From: Ministeria vibrans ATCC 50519
Taxonomy: Eukaryota; Protista; Filasterea
Assembly: GCA_943704425.1 (NCBI GenBank)
Contig: CALSCP010001670.1
Location: 1 to 64,000 of the forward strand
DNA: 64,000 nt
Direction: 5' to 3'
The position numbers were made by a program, and so were the translations under genes. Positions 24,624 through 39,740 of this stretch are shown here, piece after piece. Each line of letters begins with the position of its first letter. The first letter of the stretch is position 1. Under the pieces are notes generated by a model that saw only the letters and a program-made list of their open reading frames with translations, made no database searches and was not told the DNA's origin.

Positions 24624-24808
24624 ACTGTTTAAAAAATGTAGTCAAAACTCAAAAGTCAAAATTATTAAATTAGTAGCAAATGAAATAAATCAACAATAAG
24701 ACAGTACAATGAATGAAATGTGTCCTGTTACTCATGTAGCCTCGCAAGCTGTAGAACTTACTTACTAGTTTCTACTACTGAGTATAGAAGTAATAGATTC
24801 GGATTTAT

Positions 24809-27800
24809 TTACATTTTGGACGTCGCTGCGACTTGTACATCCTCAAAGTGAGCCTTGTCGATCTGCTTGACGTGGACGTCGTGGAGTGTCCAGCCCACAA
24901 GGTTGCACAGGCGGCGCTTGAGCACGGTGCGTCCGAGTGGGTGCTGCGGAAGATCGGCCCGGAAGTGCCGGGGCCCGTCCACTTCGTAGGCAACGCGGTT
25001 GGCCACGTCGGCGCCGTCGAGGAGGATGGCGGCGTCGGGCAAGAAGTATTCGGACACGACCGTGTCAGGCAGTGAGCTCAAGTGACGTTTCTGTGCAATG
25101 GACGAGTCCTTGTTCGTCAAGCGGCGCGCCACTTTCTCGGCGAGGTGCATGTTCACGTTGAGCTGGGCGGCAAGGTCGTCGTGGCCCCAGTGGCGCAGAT
25201 GTACCTTCATGTACTGCTGAAGATTCGGCTCGACAAACCTGGGCGCAACGAGACAGAGCGATTCCCAGAAACGACGTTCGCGAAACTGAAGAGTGAGAGC
25301 GGCAAATGTAATGCGCGAGACGAACAGGTGGTCGGGAGGAATGTGAAACGAAGAGGGTTGAGCCGCCAACTGCTGGATGCGCTTGCGGCAGACTTTCCAA
25401 AAGAGGGGAGGCAGACGCGCAACGTCAAGTTGAAGAGAGGCGTACGCATGAAGGATGCGGGCGACGGCGGCTCCATACACCTGGAGGTGGGGGATTTTCG
25501 GGAGGGTGCGCATGGCAAGCTCAAGGTGGTTCTGGATGGCGGGGGGCATGCGTTGTGCGCCGACCTGGGCGGCGAAGGTGTACGCAATGTCGGTCCAGGT
25601 GAGGGCGGCCACGGGGAGGCAGAGGAGGGTAGAGTGAAGGGCGGAGACGATGGAGAATGATTGGGAGGAGTTGACAAAGAGCGACTGGCGTGCAAGGAGG
25701 ATGAGGGTGCGGAGGTCTTGTAGGGTGGGACTCAAATGAGAGTGGCGGCGGTAGGCAGTGAAGCTGCTGAAGACAGAAAAAATGACGGTGCTTGCGTCCA
25801 TAGTGTTTGGAATGTGACAGATGGAGGAGGCAATGTCATGGTGGGAACGATGCGGGAGGGAGGCGAGTAGGGTGTTGTTGGAGACGGTTTGAATAATGCG
25901 TTTTGCAAGTGGTATTGTGTTTGTGCTTGTGTTTGTGGTGGTGGTGTCGTTGTTGTTGTTGGTAGTGATGGTGGTGGTGGTGGTGGTGGTGGCGTCGGAA
26001 TTTGGGAGGAGGCGCAGGGAAAAGAGAAGATCCCTGATGATTGCACTGTCGAGCGAGTGGGTTGCTTTGGGAGGGGTAAAACGGAAGTGATCCGTCATGT
26101 TTGGGCTGCTCTGTGGGCTCTGTTGGAGATGGCGAATTTGGAGGGCAGCGAATTGAAGAAGGGACTCTGCGGCGTGCGCAATGATGCGTTGGGCGCAAAG
26201 GAGATCTGCGTCAGTGCTAGTACCTCCACCGCTACTACTGCTACCGTTGTTGCTGCTCATGCCGCTACGATTACCCCTACTACTAATGATGTAGCAGCAG
26301 TAGGCCTTGAGAATGGAGTGGGACATGGAGACGGATTGATAGTATGTGTGATCGCCCGTGTGGAGGAGCGGCATGATGTGGCGCATGAGACTATCCGCTG
26401 TGGGTGCGAGCAACTTGTGGCGCGCATGACCGTACGCGAAGGTGAGGTTCTCGACGGTCGGCGAGGAAAAAGCGGCAAGAGGCTCGCGGGTAAGCAGAGC
26501 GGCAATACGTCGCATAATGTCGACTTTGAGTAAGACGTTTTCGCGGGATTCGTGACGACGTTTAAAGACACGCGCAATCTGCGAGCCCAGAAAGGTGTTA
26601 TGGCCGACGTGCTCCTCGACTGAGTCGGCAAGGCTTTCGGCGTAGCGCGCAAAGAACTCGTCGGCGATGATCGGGTCGTTGCGGTCGAGGACGGCGAGTG
26701 CTGTTGACGCGGCGTAGATGGCACTGGGGCGCTCGAAGAGTTCGTCGGGTGCAGTGCGCACCATGACACGAAAGTACGCTTGGTTCTTGGGCGTTTCAAG
26801 CTTTGCAATAGTGGTAAGAAGACGTGTGATACGGCGGTAGTGCCAAGCGGTCCATGAGGCGTGCTTGTGGGCGATGTGCGCCAGGTTGGGGATGAGAGAG
26901 TCGCGGAAGAGACGCGACGTGGTGTGCGGCTCGATGGATTCCCACACGGTGCTTGGCAAGAGTGGAGCGTCCACCAAGTAGTCGAGCAGACCGGGGAGCA
27001 CTCTGGTGGACGCGTCGCGTGTCCACGCGAGCTGCGAGAGTCGCACCATCGTCTTGTCGTGCAGTTGTGAAAAGTGCCTGGGGTCAAAACGGTACTGAGC
27101 GCGTCTCCAGAGCGACTGGGTGAACGAGACGTGCGTGGTGTGGAAGACAAAGAGGATGTCAATGAGGTGGTACAGCTCCATGGTGTTATAGAGGTGGTTT
27201 GCCGCGATGGCTTCGCCCAGCGTGGTGAAGACGTTCTCGCGCAGGTGCTTTGGACACGAGTAGAAGGACAGAGCCAGGTTGTAGATGTCGGCGCCGCTCA
27301 GCGAGGCTGCAACTGACGGCGTGATCATGGTGCTGAGACGGCCCATGGCGGCCAGACCGACCTTGGCGGGTGTGAATCCCGTTGCTGAGTGTGCGATCTC
27401 GATTATCTCACTGGTGGTCAGTTCAATGGGAACGAGCGGATTGACGGGCGGGATGCTGACGATCATGCCGCTGGATGGATCAGCCACGCCCGGCTGCACC
27501 GTTGGCTTGGGATAGACGGGGTTTGCAAGCCAGCGAGCCAGGTGGTTTCGATTCGGCGAGAAATTGCCAAAGTAAAGGTGTTTGACGCGTGGAAAGCGCT
27601 CGTACAACATACTGCGGACGTCAGGGGGGAATTCAAGCAGGCCGTGGGTGTCGCCGGGCTTATAGTGTGTGTCCATGGTGCGGATCATGGAGAGAGTGAG
27701 CAGGGCGCCGACAGGGCCGAGCGGCAGACGGTGGTACAGGAGGACGGACGCCGCCTGGCGATGCAGCGTCCTGTCGAGGCCAAAGCAGGCGGGCAGGGGC

Positions 27801-27976
27801 GTGTGCACGAGGATGTGGCTGGCAGTGGTCGCTACAGCGAGGCGATCGGCAGGAGACAGATTGGGCGCGACGACTTTCCCAAGGACTAACGTGAGACTGT
27901 GTCGACCTCTCTCTCCCGCCTGCGGCCGCAAGCCTCTCAAGCCCCTCGCAAAGTGCCGCGATCGGGCAAGGAGCAT
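24809..27976 (-). CDS. RAP-domain (FASTK-like) helical-repeat protein, probably a mitochondrial RNA-binding factor
   Basis: Intronless ORF; Arg-rich presequence-like MLLARSRHFARGLRGL; C-terminal VAYEVDGPRHF...LKRRLCNLVGWTLHDV. Confidence 0.8.
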   Translation of the reverse strand: MLLARSRHFARGLRGLRPQAGERGRHSLTLVLGKVVAPNLSPADRLAVATTASHILVHTPLPACFGLDRTLHRQAASVLLYHRLPLGPVGALLTLSMIRTMDTHYKPGDTHGLLEFPPDVRSMLYERFPRVKHLYFGNFSPNRNHLARWLANPVYPKPTVQPGVADPSSGMIVSIPPVNPLVPIELTTSEIIEIAHSATGFTPAKVGLAAMGRLSTMITPSVAASLSGADIYNLALSFYSCPKHLRENVFTTLGEAIAANHLYNTMELYHLIDILFVFHTTHVSFTQSLWRRAQYRFDPRHFSQLHDKTMVRLSQLAWTRDASTRVLPGLLDYLVDAPLLPSTVWESIEPHTTSRLFRDSLIPNLAHIAHKHASWTAWHYRRITRLLTTIAKLETPKNQAYFRVMVRTAPDELFERPSAIYAASTALAVLDRNDPIIADEFFARYAESLADSVEEHVGHNTFLGSQIARVFKRRHESRENVLLKVDIMRRIAALLTREPLAAFSSPTVENLTFAYGHARHKLLAPTADSLMRHIMPLLHTGDHTYYQSVSMSHSILKAYCCYIISSRGNRSGMSSNNGSSSSGGGTSTDADLLCAQRIIAHAAESLLQFAALQIRHLQQSPQSSPNMTDHFRFTPPKATHSLDSAIIRDLLFSLRLLPNSDATTTTTTTITTNNNNDTTTTNTSTNTIPLAKRIIQTVSNNTLLASLPHRSHHDIASSICHIPNTMDASTVIFSVFSSFTAYRRHSHLSPTLQDLRTLILLARQSLFVNSSQSFSIVSALHSTLLCLPVAALTWTDIAYTFAAQVGAQRMPPAIQNHLELAMRTLPKIPHLQVYGAAVARILHAYASLQLDVARLPPLFWKVCRKRIQQLAAQPSSFHIPPDHLFVSRITFAALTLQFRERRFWESLCLVAPRFVEPNLQQYMKVHLRHWGHDDLAAQLNVNMHLAEKVARRLTNKDSSIAQKRHLSSLPDTVVSEYFLPDAAILLDGADVANRVAYEVDGPRHFRADLPQHPLGRTVLKRRLCNLVGWTLHDVHVKQIDKAHFEDVQVAATSKM

Positions 27977-28075
27977 ATTTGGCACGACTGAGATAGAAGC
28001 TGATGAAAAGGTTTGAAGCTGATCACCAAAAAATTGAAATAATTATTCAAATAAAGATTTGTTTGCTTTGTGTTT

Positions 28076-31689
<3,614 letters not shown>

Positions 31690-31974
31690 GGACCGATGCA
31701 CAGTGAAGTGACAAGGACGCAATGTCAACAGTCCAAATGAAAATGACTACTTGTTAGTTGTTTAATGTTTTATTCAGTGAAGTGAGTCAATTCTTGCGAG
31801 AGAGTGAGAGTGATATCGTTTCATATATTGAACGAATGATCGCATTTGTGATGAATCTAACTCTCACTCAATCACTTTATTCACTTCCCTTCCCCCCCCC
31901 CACTCAAGCAACGCATCTGCTGTACAGCAACAGACACTCCTGTGAGGCTTGAATCGTGCTGCTGTGCCTGTCTA

Positions 31975-32361
31975 ATGAACGCTGTGCCTTCGCTCGTTGT
32001 CGATTGGTTCGTTTCCGCTCGTTTTCCCTTCTCCCAATGACTTACCGCCCTTCTCTGCCCGTAGCGAGCCTGCCCTGAAGCAATTCTTGTTGCACCTTGA
32101 TGCATCGCTGGAGGTAGAAGCCAAACAAAGTCACAAACGTTCACTGAAACTGAAATGTACTATTCATAATAATTATAATTATAATTATGATCATTTCAGG
32201 CTGGAAAGAAGTTTATCATTCTTGAGCTGGACGAGCGCCGTGTTTTGATCGAGCCGAGCATGAAGGACTATGTGCAGGCTGAATTTGACAAAATGCTCCA
32301 GAGGACGGGAGGTCTGTCGGAGAAGGACATTAAGAAGATGCGAGAGACAAACGAAATATGA
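31975..32361 (+). CDS. GTF2H5: TFIIH subunit TFB5/p8 (3 small exons, absent from the ORF track)
   Basis: Spliced MNAVPSLVVDC-EPALKQFLLHLDASLE-AGKKFIILELDERRVLI... Confidence 0.85.
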
Positions 32362-32525
32362 GACTGTCTGTCCTGTCTGTCGTATTATTATATTAGATGG
32401 CGATTGCACTTGTGAGCTTTTCTCTATTGTCGTTGTAGATCTGGTGACTGTATTATGAATAAATGGGTTGTATTCTTCTAATTATATTATTATTATTATT
32501 ATTCGTATTGTGTGTACTGTGTACT

Positions 32526-34016
32526 TCATTCCGTCTTCATGGCGTCCTCCTTTTGCTTCTTATCAGCGTAATACGTGCGCACAGTCTGCAGATCCTTATC
32601 GCCACGGCCACTCAAGCAAATGACAATGTTCTCTTCGGGCGACATGGTGCGAGCGAGGCGGATGGCGCCGTACACGGCGTGGGAGCTCTCGAGAGCGGGA
32701 ATGATGCCTTCGCGTCGGGTCAGCACCTCAAAGCCTTCCATCGCCTCATCGTCCGTCACACTTGTGTACTCGGCCCGCCCCGTCTCCTTCAGATGCGCAT
32801 GTTCAGGCCTGCAAACAAGAGAAGTAAGTCAGTCGGTGGATGTGTCAAGAGTGTAGCGGGCCAAGCGTACCCCACGCCGGGATAGTCAAGGCCAGCAGAG
32901 ATGGAATGGGTCTCCTGGATCTGCCCATTGGCATCCTGCAACACATAGCTGCGGTTCCCATGTAGCACACCGCCTGAATAGCCATGGGTCAGCGTCGCAC
33001 ACCCGGCCGCCTCCACGCCAACCAGACGAACACCCGCATCCTCTGTAAACGGATGGAACATCCCAATGCAGTTGCTCCCTCCCCCAACACACGCCACAAC
33101 TGCATTCGGCAGTGCTCCGTTCTGCGTCAGCATCTGAGCGCGCGTCTCACTAAAAACACCAACCGTGAGATGGGACAAAGCGCGACAGATAATCGAGTAC
33201 CGACCAATGACCGATTGGAATTCGCGGACCATAACGGGATAAGGATGGGGACCGACAGCCGAGCCGAGACAGTAGTACGTGGTGTCGACGTTGCTCACCC
33301 AGTACCGCATTGCCTCATTGACTATGAGTAAATATCAGAGAGTGAGTATAATGCATGAGTGTGAGTCTGTGATTCGCTCTTCTTTGACTGACCTGCGTCT
33401 TTGAGTGTTCGTGATCCAGTTTCAACAGGAATCACTTTCGCACCCAACAACTACACACACAGAGAGAGAATAAGGCATACAAACTATACTTTGTATGGCA
33501 CACACCTCCATTCGAAACACATTCTGCTGCTGTCGCGCACAATCCACTGCGCCCATAAACACCACCAGCTCAAGTCCCAAATGTGCACATGCAGTCGCAG
33601 ACGCAACTCCATGCTGTCCCGCACCCGTCTCAGCCACCATTCGTGTCTTTCCCATTCGCTTGCACAAAAGCCCCTACACAAAACACAAAACACAAAGACA
33701 CACCACACTCCGTCAGTTGACATTCGGGAACAATTTCACATGTTTCTTCCGATGTTAATTATTCACAATAATAATAACAATAATAATCATACTGTAATTA
33801 TTATGATTACGAGCCTTTCCTATTATTACCTGCGCAATTGCATTGTTGATCTTATGTGCTCCCGTGTGATTCAAATCTTCCCGTTTAATCCAAATTTTCG
33901 CTCCCTAAACATACGAACAGAGAGGAGAAAGAAGCAAAGTGATGGAGGGAGAGAGAGAGAGGAGAAAGAAACAAAGTGATAGAGGAAGAGAGAGAGGAGA
34001 AAGAAACAAAGTGATA

Positions 34017-34108
<92 letters not shown>

Positions 34109-35641
34109 AGAAGGGCAAAAGAAACAAAGTGATAGAAAGAAAGAGAGAGAGAAGGGAGAAAGTAGCAAAGTGAAAGAGAGAGAGACAGACAGGCACACGC
34201 AAAAGGTCAATAAAACACACAAACTCAACAAAAGAACAACTCACATTGGCATATTCCGTCAAACGCGAGGCCAAATGGAGCGGAGTGGGACGGCCAATAT
34301 ACTGCGAGAAGCCCGCAAGGTCCGCCTGAAACTGACTATCACTCATTGCACTGCGGAACGACCGTTCAAGCTCATCCAACGCACTCACAAGTGTCTCCGG
34401 CACAAACCGTCCGCCAAATTCTACACACATTCAATTGATCTTGTGGTGACATCTTCCTCTAACAATGATTTACCGCCAAAATTTGCTTGTGCGCGAAATG
34501 CTCGGTCAGTGTCTGATTCTTCAAGAGACACTTTTGGGGAAGATTGGTCGTCTGTGACCGAGGCAGTGTCACGAGCGGATTTGACTTGATCAGCGGTGCG
34601 ACCAGTGACTTGAGCACAGTAGGCGAGAGTGGCGCGAGTGACGTCGGAGGGGACAGAGACATCTTTGAGGGAGCGAATGATGGCTGAGCCAATGACAACA
34701 CCGTCGCCAAGAGCACCCACGGTGACAAAGTGCTCGCGGGTGCTGATGCCAAACCCAATGGCAATGGGAAGGCTGGTATGGGAGCGTACGCGCGCGATGA
34801 ATGCCGGTAGTGCTGTGCTCACTTGTGTGCGCTCACCGGTGACGCCCAACACAGAGACGCAGTAGATGAACGCGTCGGCGCACGAGACTAGCTTGCTCAT
34901 GCGCTCCGATGTGGTCGTGGGCGTCAGCAATGGAATGTAGCTCAGCTGATGCGTCTGGCATGCGCGACGGAACTCGTACGACTCCTCGGGTGGCAGGTCG
35001 ACAATGATGAAACCGTTGCACGTTGCCTCCGCCGCTGCTCGCACCAGCGTGTCTGCCTTGCCATCGCCATACTGCACAAACATCGACGAGTAGCCCATAA
35101 GCACAACAGGCACAGTAAGACCCTGGGCGCGCGCCGACTGCAGGAACGCCAGGCATTGATCAATCGAGTTGACACCCTGAGAGAGTGCCACCTATAATAA
35201 TTATTAGTATCATATGGTCAGTGAGAGCTCAACACAAAAACATTCAAACACTCAACAGCCACTCGACATACAAGGTTGCTGGCTTGAATGGTGGGTCCTT
35301 CGGCTATAGGATCGGAGAAGGGCACCCCAATCTCAATGACATCCGCTCCGCCATTCTAACAAAGTTGAATAGGGTTTTATGATTTTTTAAAAAGTGTCTG
35401 TGATGCAACTTTTGCGTTTCGTGTCATGACAGTGACCAGAGCGCTACCTGAAGGGCAAGCAGCGCATCAACATATGATTCTCGAGAAGGATACCCTGCTG
35501 TGACAAAGGCAATGAAGGCAGGGCGCCCTACAAGACGACAGAGAGTCACACAAGTGAGAAAGAGAGAGAGAGAGAGAGAGCAGAAAATGTGTCACCTTCG
35601 GATTTTGCCTGAGCAAACGCCGTTCGCAGTCCCTTTGACAT
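32526..35641 (-). CDS. TRP5: Tryptophan synthase, fused alpha-beta
   Basis: Alpha: [43 protein letters not shown]. Beta: [54 protein letters not shown]. Confidence 0.95.
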
Positions 35642-35816
35642 GTTTCTCCTGCACTATCAACGAGTACAAACAAAGCAAAGCGCAAAAGTTCAAATTAGAG
35701 TGATCAGACTGTGTGAACTGAGTGCGAAATGAGACGTTTCAAATCACACGATCAATCATAATTATTAGTCGTTCACGAGACACGACTTCACTCTTTTTTT
35801 TTCTCTTCCTTTTTTC

Positions 35817-36519
35817 ATGTCCGACTCTGAGGAACATCCGTCGTTGAAGCGAGCTCGCCTTGAAGGTGAGTCGATAGTGTGTGTCTGTGTGGCTGCTCAC
35901 ATGCGTGTGTAGACGCAGCGGGACCCTCGACAGCGCCCATGGACGTCGACAAAGGTTTGTGGTCCTCTCTGCGTTTCTTTGCAGCGCTCACTCGCTCTCC
36001 TTGCAGATGCGCCGTCGTCGTCGTTGGCCCAGTCTGACCCGGCGTGGACTGCAGACGCAACAACAGACAAAGACCCGGTCTCTTTGACGCATATCGGTCC
36101 GCAAAAGCACAAAAGGATCAAACAGTGTTTGATGTTAAGTGTTATGACAATCGTTTTTCGACCTTTCTCCTCTCTTCTCAGACGACGATGGAGCATTGGC
36201 GCAGTTTCTTTTGCAACTCGACGACTACAACCCACTTGTCCCGGACTCGGTCACCAAATACTATCTCAATGCGTGTGGCTGTGATTGTCCCGATCAGCGA
36301 GTGTTGCGGCTCATTAGTCTGGCATGCCAGAAGTTTGTCTGTGAAATTGCCAGCGATACAGTGACGACAAGCGGGTGGAAGGCAGCGTCGGGGCAGATGG
36401 GCAAGCAAAAACCAGGGCCGTCCAAGGAGAAGCATCGCCGGGTGCTGACCACGGAGGGGCTGGTAGAGGCACTCAAGGAGCACGGCATCAACGCTGCCAA
36501 GCCCGCTTACTATGTCTAA
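35817..36519 (+). CDS. TAF10: TFIID subunit TAF10
   Basis: FLLQLDDYNPLVPDSVTKYYL..G..PDQRVLRLISLACQKFVCEIASD...LTTEGLVEALKEHGINAAKPAYY. Confidence 0.93.
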
Positions 36520-36666
36520 TGCGCGCGCGCGCTCTCTCTCTCCATCACACACTCACTCACTCACTCACAGACTCACCCACCCACCCACTCACTCACGCAC
36601 TTACTCACTCACTCTTGTTCATTGTATAATTTGAAAATCGGCTTTTATTATATAATAATATTATTA

Positions 36667-37362
36667 TCAATACGGCTCTCTGATATCTCTCTCGTGATTG
36701 AGAAAGTGTTGTCGGACAGGCGAGTCCTTTGGCAGAGCAGCAACTGCATCTGCCACAGAACGCACTTCCATCGTCGCGCGTTCTTTTGCGGCAAACTCAC
36801 GGTCAGTGGAGAGACGCGACTTGTACTGTGATAGGTAGGCGGGGGCACTGGGAGTCTTCATGCGCTGTTTGCGGGCGTTTGTGACGCGCTCGACATCAGG
36901 CGGTGAGCGGCCCCATCGTGATGACCCTTCACCCAAGTGGGTGCGGAACTCAATGAGAAAGGCACCTGTGCGCCAGCCGTGCTTGCGTGCACGCGCGTTG
37001 ATATCGTGGTCATCGTTGCCCAGCAGGTAGTTGACCTCGTCAAGATACCCTAAGGCACGTACTCGTTCTGCGGGCAGACATGTTGGTCCACGATTAGCTG
37101 TGAGCCCCAAGTGCAGTTTGGTGTCGTGTGCCGTTTTGGCGAGCGACTGTTCAATGTTGGATCCGCATCGTCCGTAGAACAGGTTGACGCTGCCCAGACC
37201 GTGCGCACAGCGGCCGGAAATCCAGAAGAGATCGTCCCACAGTCGGTGAGGAATGCAAAGGTACTCATTCCAGCTCTGCTGCACCATTCGCATGTCGTCC
37301 TGGGTCACAACTAAATACCTATAAAATGCGTTTAGGTTAAAGAGGGTAACTGAGTGTGACGC

Positions 37363-37439
<77 letters not shown>

Positions 37440-38258
37440 AACAGTCTTATTGTTGTTGTGTGTTTACTTTCCGGTGGCCGCTCGCATTCCAATGTTGTTT
37501 GACGAGGCTTCAAAGACCCCTGAGAGTGTGCGGATGTAGCGAATGTGGACAGGACAGACGTGCTCGTAGGTGCCCGCCTCGCATGCGTCTGTGATGGCCT
37601 TTACCGCCGCCATGCCCAGCTTCTCCGAGTCGTCTTTGCAGCCATCAAAGACAATGACGTACTCAAAGACGCCGGTGGAGTAGCGGATCATGGCCGTGAG
37701 ATACTCGGTGATTTGCGCCTGACGGTTGAAGACAGGCACTATGACACTGTACTCGATGGCGCCCGTCGTATTGGAGTAGGGCGCACGCCACCATTCATCA
37801 ATGAGCACCGGCGGATACTGTAGTGGCTCTGGGAGCATCTCGGGAGCGTGAATGACGGCGCGTGACGTGCGCAACCACCACTGATCAGGTTCCATTTTGC
37901 CGCGAATCGCTTCGTCCACTTGAACCGTCTCAAACAGCGTGTCCACGATGGGGTGCGGCACGCCAATGTCGTGATGACCGTCGGCGCTCTCGGCCACGGG
38001 CGCTTGATCGTCGTGGGGCGCAGCCAGGACGGCAGGAGCGGCGGCAGGAGAGTCCTTGTCGTCGTCTTTGGTCGGATTCGCCTCTTTGCCAGCGTCAACG
38101 GGCCGATCGACGTGCACACGCACGGGAGCGATCCACCGCTGTGCATGCGGATCCGGCTTCGGTGCTGCGGCTGCCGTGCGGGCTTCAAAGAGCACTCGGA
38201 AGGCAATGCCGGTCCACAGCACAAACAGCACCAGAGCACACGCACGCAGTTTCCTCAT
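36667..38258 (-). CDS. Type II membrane glycosyltransferase, family 2
   Basis: N-terminal TM, stem, YSVIVPVFN, VIVFDGCKDDS, NNIGMRAATG, TQDD (DxD-like), GYLDEVNY..GNDDHD. Confidence 0.85.
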
Positions 38259-38442
38259 CAATCGCCGCACGGGGAAAAGGAGGAGGAGGAGGAGAAGAAG
38301 AAGGGGAGGAGGGCGGTTGTCGCTGTGGTAGACTGGGAGTCCACGAGCACCGTATCAATAAGAAAATGAGTCGAAAATTCTGATCGCGAATTCGCAATAG
38401 ATGAATTTTCATTCAAAGTTCAAACGATTTTCATTCAATGCA

Positions 38443-39580
38443 ATGGAGTCACCTTCAAGGCCGATAGGTACCCCTCCGGCATCTCCATCAGCTCCTAGCT
38501 CTATTCGCATCCCAGCGTACTTTGGCGTGGCACTTGTTGAGGTGCGCTGAGACCAAAGAGAGAAATTAGTTTTTGTTTTGAAAATGTCTCTCTCTCTCTT
38601 CCTTTTGCGCTCAGCTCCTCTCCAAGAGCGGCGACGGCAGCGGCTCCAACGTACCCAGACTTGTAGTGTTCATCTGCTCGCGCATCCTGCATCATTTGGA
38701 GTCGCTCACGCAGCGTGGGGCGCCCGCACTGCTCCTGGCCATCCACGACATGCTGGACGGCGAGTCGCCTGCACTCGATGTCAACGCTCTCGCGCACGCC
38801 CGCGCCAAATTCAACGACGGCGACTTCTCCGACGCGCCCCTGCCGCTCTTGTACCGCCTTCTCTTTGCCTTTGTGCGCGAGCTTCCACAGCCGCTCGTTC
38901 CCTCAACAATGTACTCAGACGCACTGGCACTCGTCGCATCCCATGCTCGCTCTGCCGGGCGGGCCATAGCCACCAACGGCAACTTTGGCGCCTGGCTTGC
39001 GAGCTTCTCTGATCTCCAGGCACGCTCGCTTGAGACCTACCTTGCCCAACGGCAGCACCCCGACGACGACTGCGACAGCGTCTCTGCTATGGGTGCCAGC
39101 CACCTCGACGAAGATCAAGTCCGCCCTCTCGCGACTGTTTTTGACCGCTTTGCTTTTAGCTGTCGCTCGTCGTTGTCGGCTCTTGAAGAACTTTACTTTG
39201 AATTACCTCGCGTGAACCGCCACACACTCGAATATATTGGTGTGTTCTTTGCCAAAGTCGATCTCATTGTGCGTCGCACACTCAGCACCACAGCAACACC
39301 TACTGTAGCAGCAACAACAACAACAGCAACAGCGCCACCATCATCATCAACAACGACCTCCACAGACGACACACGTGATGCTCTCGTTGCTCAACTCACT
39401 CACTCGTACCAGCAGCATCCCTCCGCCATGCTGCGCACTGTGGCCTCATCGCTCGCCCCGCATCTCCTCCGCCCCATCGCCTGGTCTGCCTCCGGCTCCG
39501 CTGCCCGTGCCCGCACTCGCGCTGCACAGGCTCACTTTCTTCTTCTCTTTTTCTTCTTCATCAAAAAGAAGGTCAGTTAA
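38443..39580 (+). CDS. RhoGAP-domain protein, apparently lacking the arginine finger
   Basis: Spliced YFGVALVELL...VPRLVVFICSRI, FVRELPQPLVP, LPRVNRHTLEYI, SLAPHLLRP. Confidence 0.7.
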
Positions 39581-39740
39581 TACTATTCTATCAACAACAA
39601 TAATGATAAAAGTATAATAATTTATTATAATAATAATATTAATTTTATTGTTATTATTGTTATTTTTAAAATAATTTATTAATATTAATTATTGTATTAT
39701 TGTTTGTATATTGACATTGATCACCGTTTAGCACAATCTA

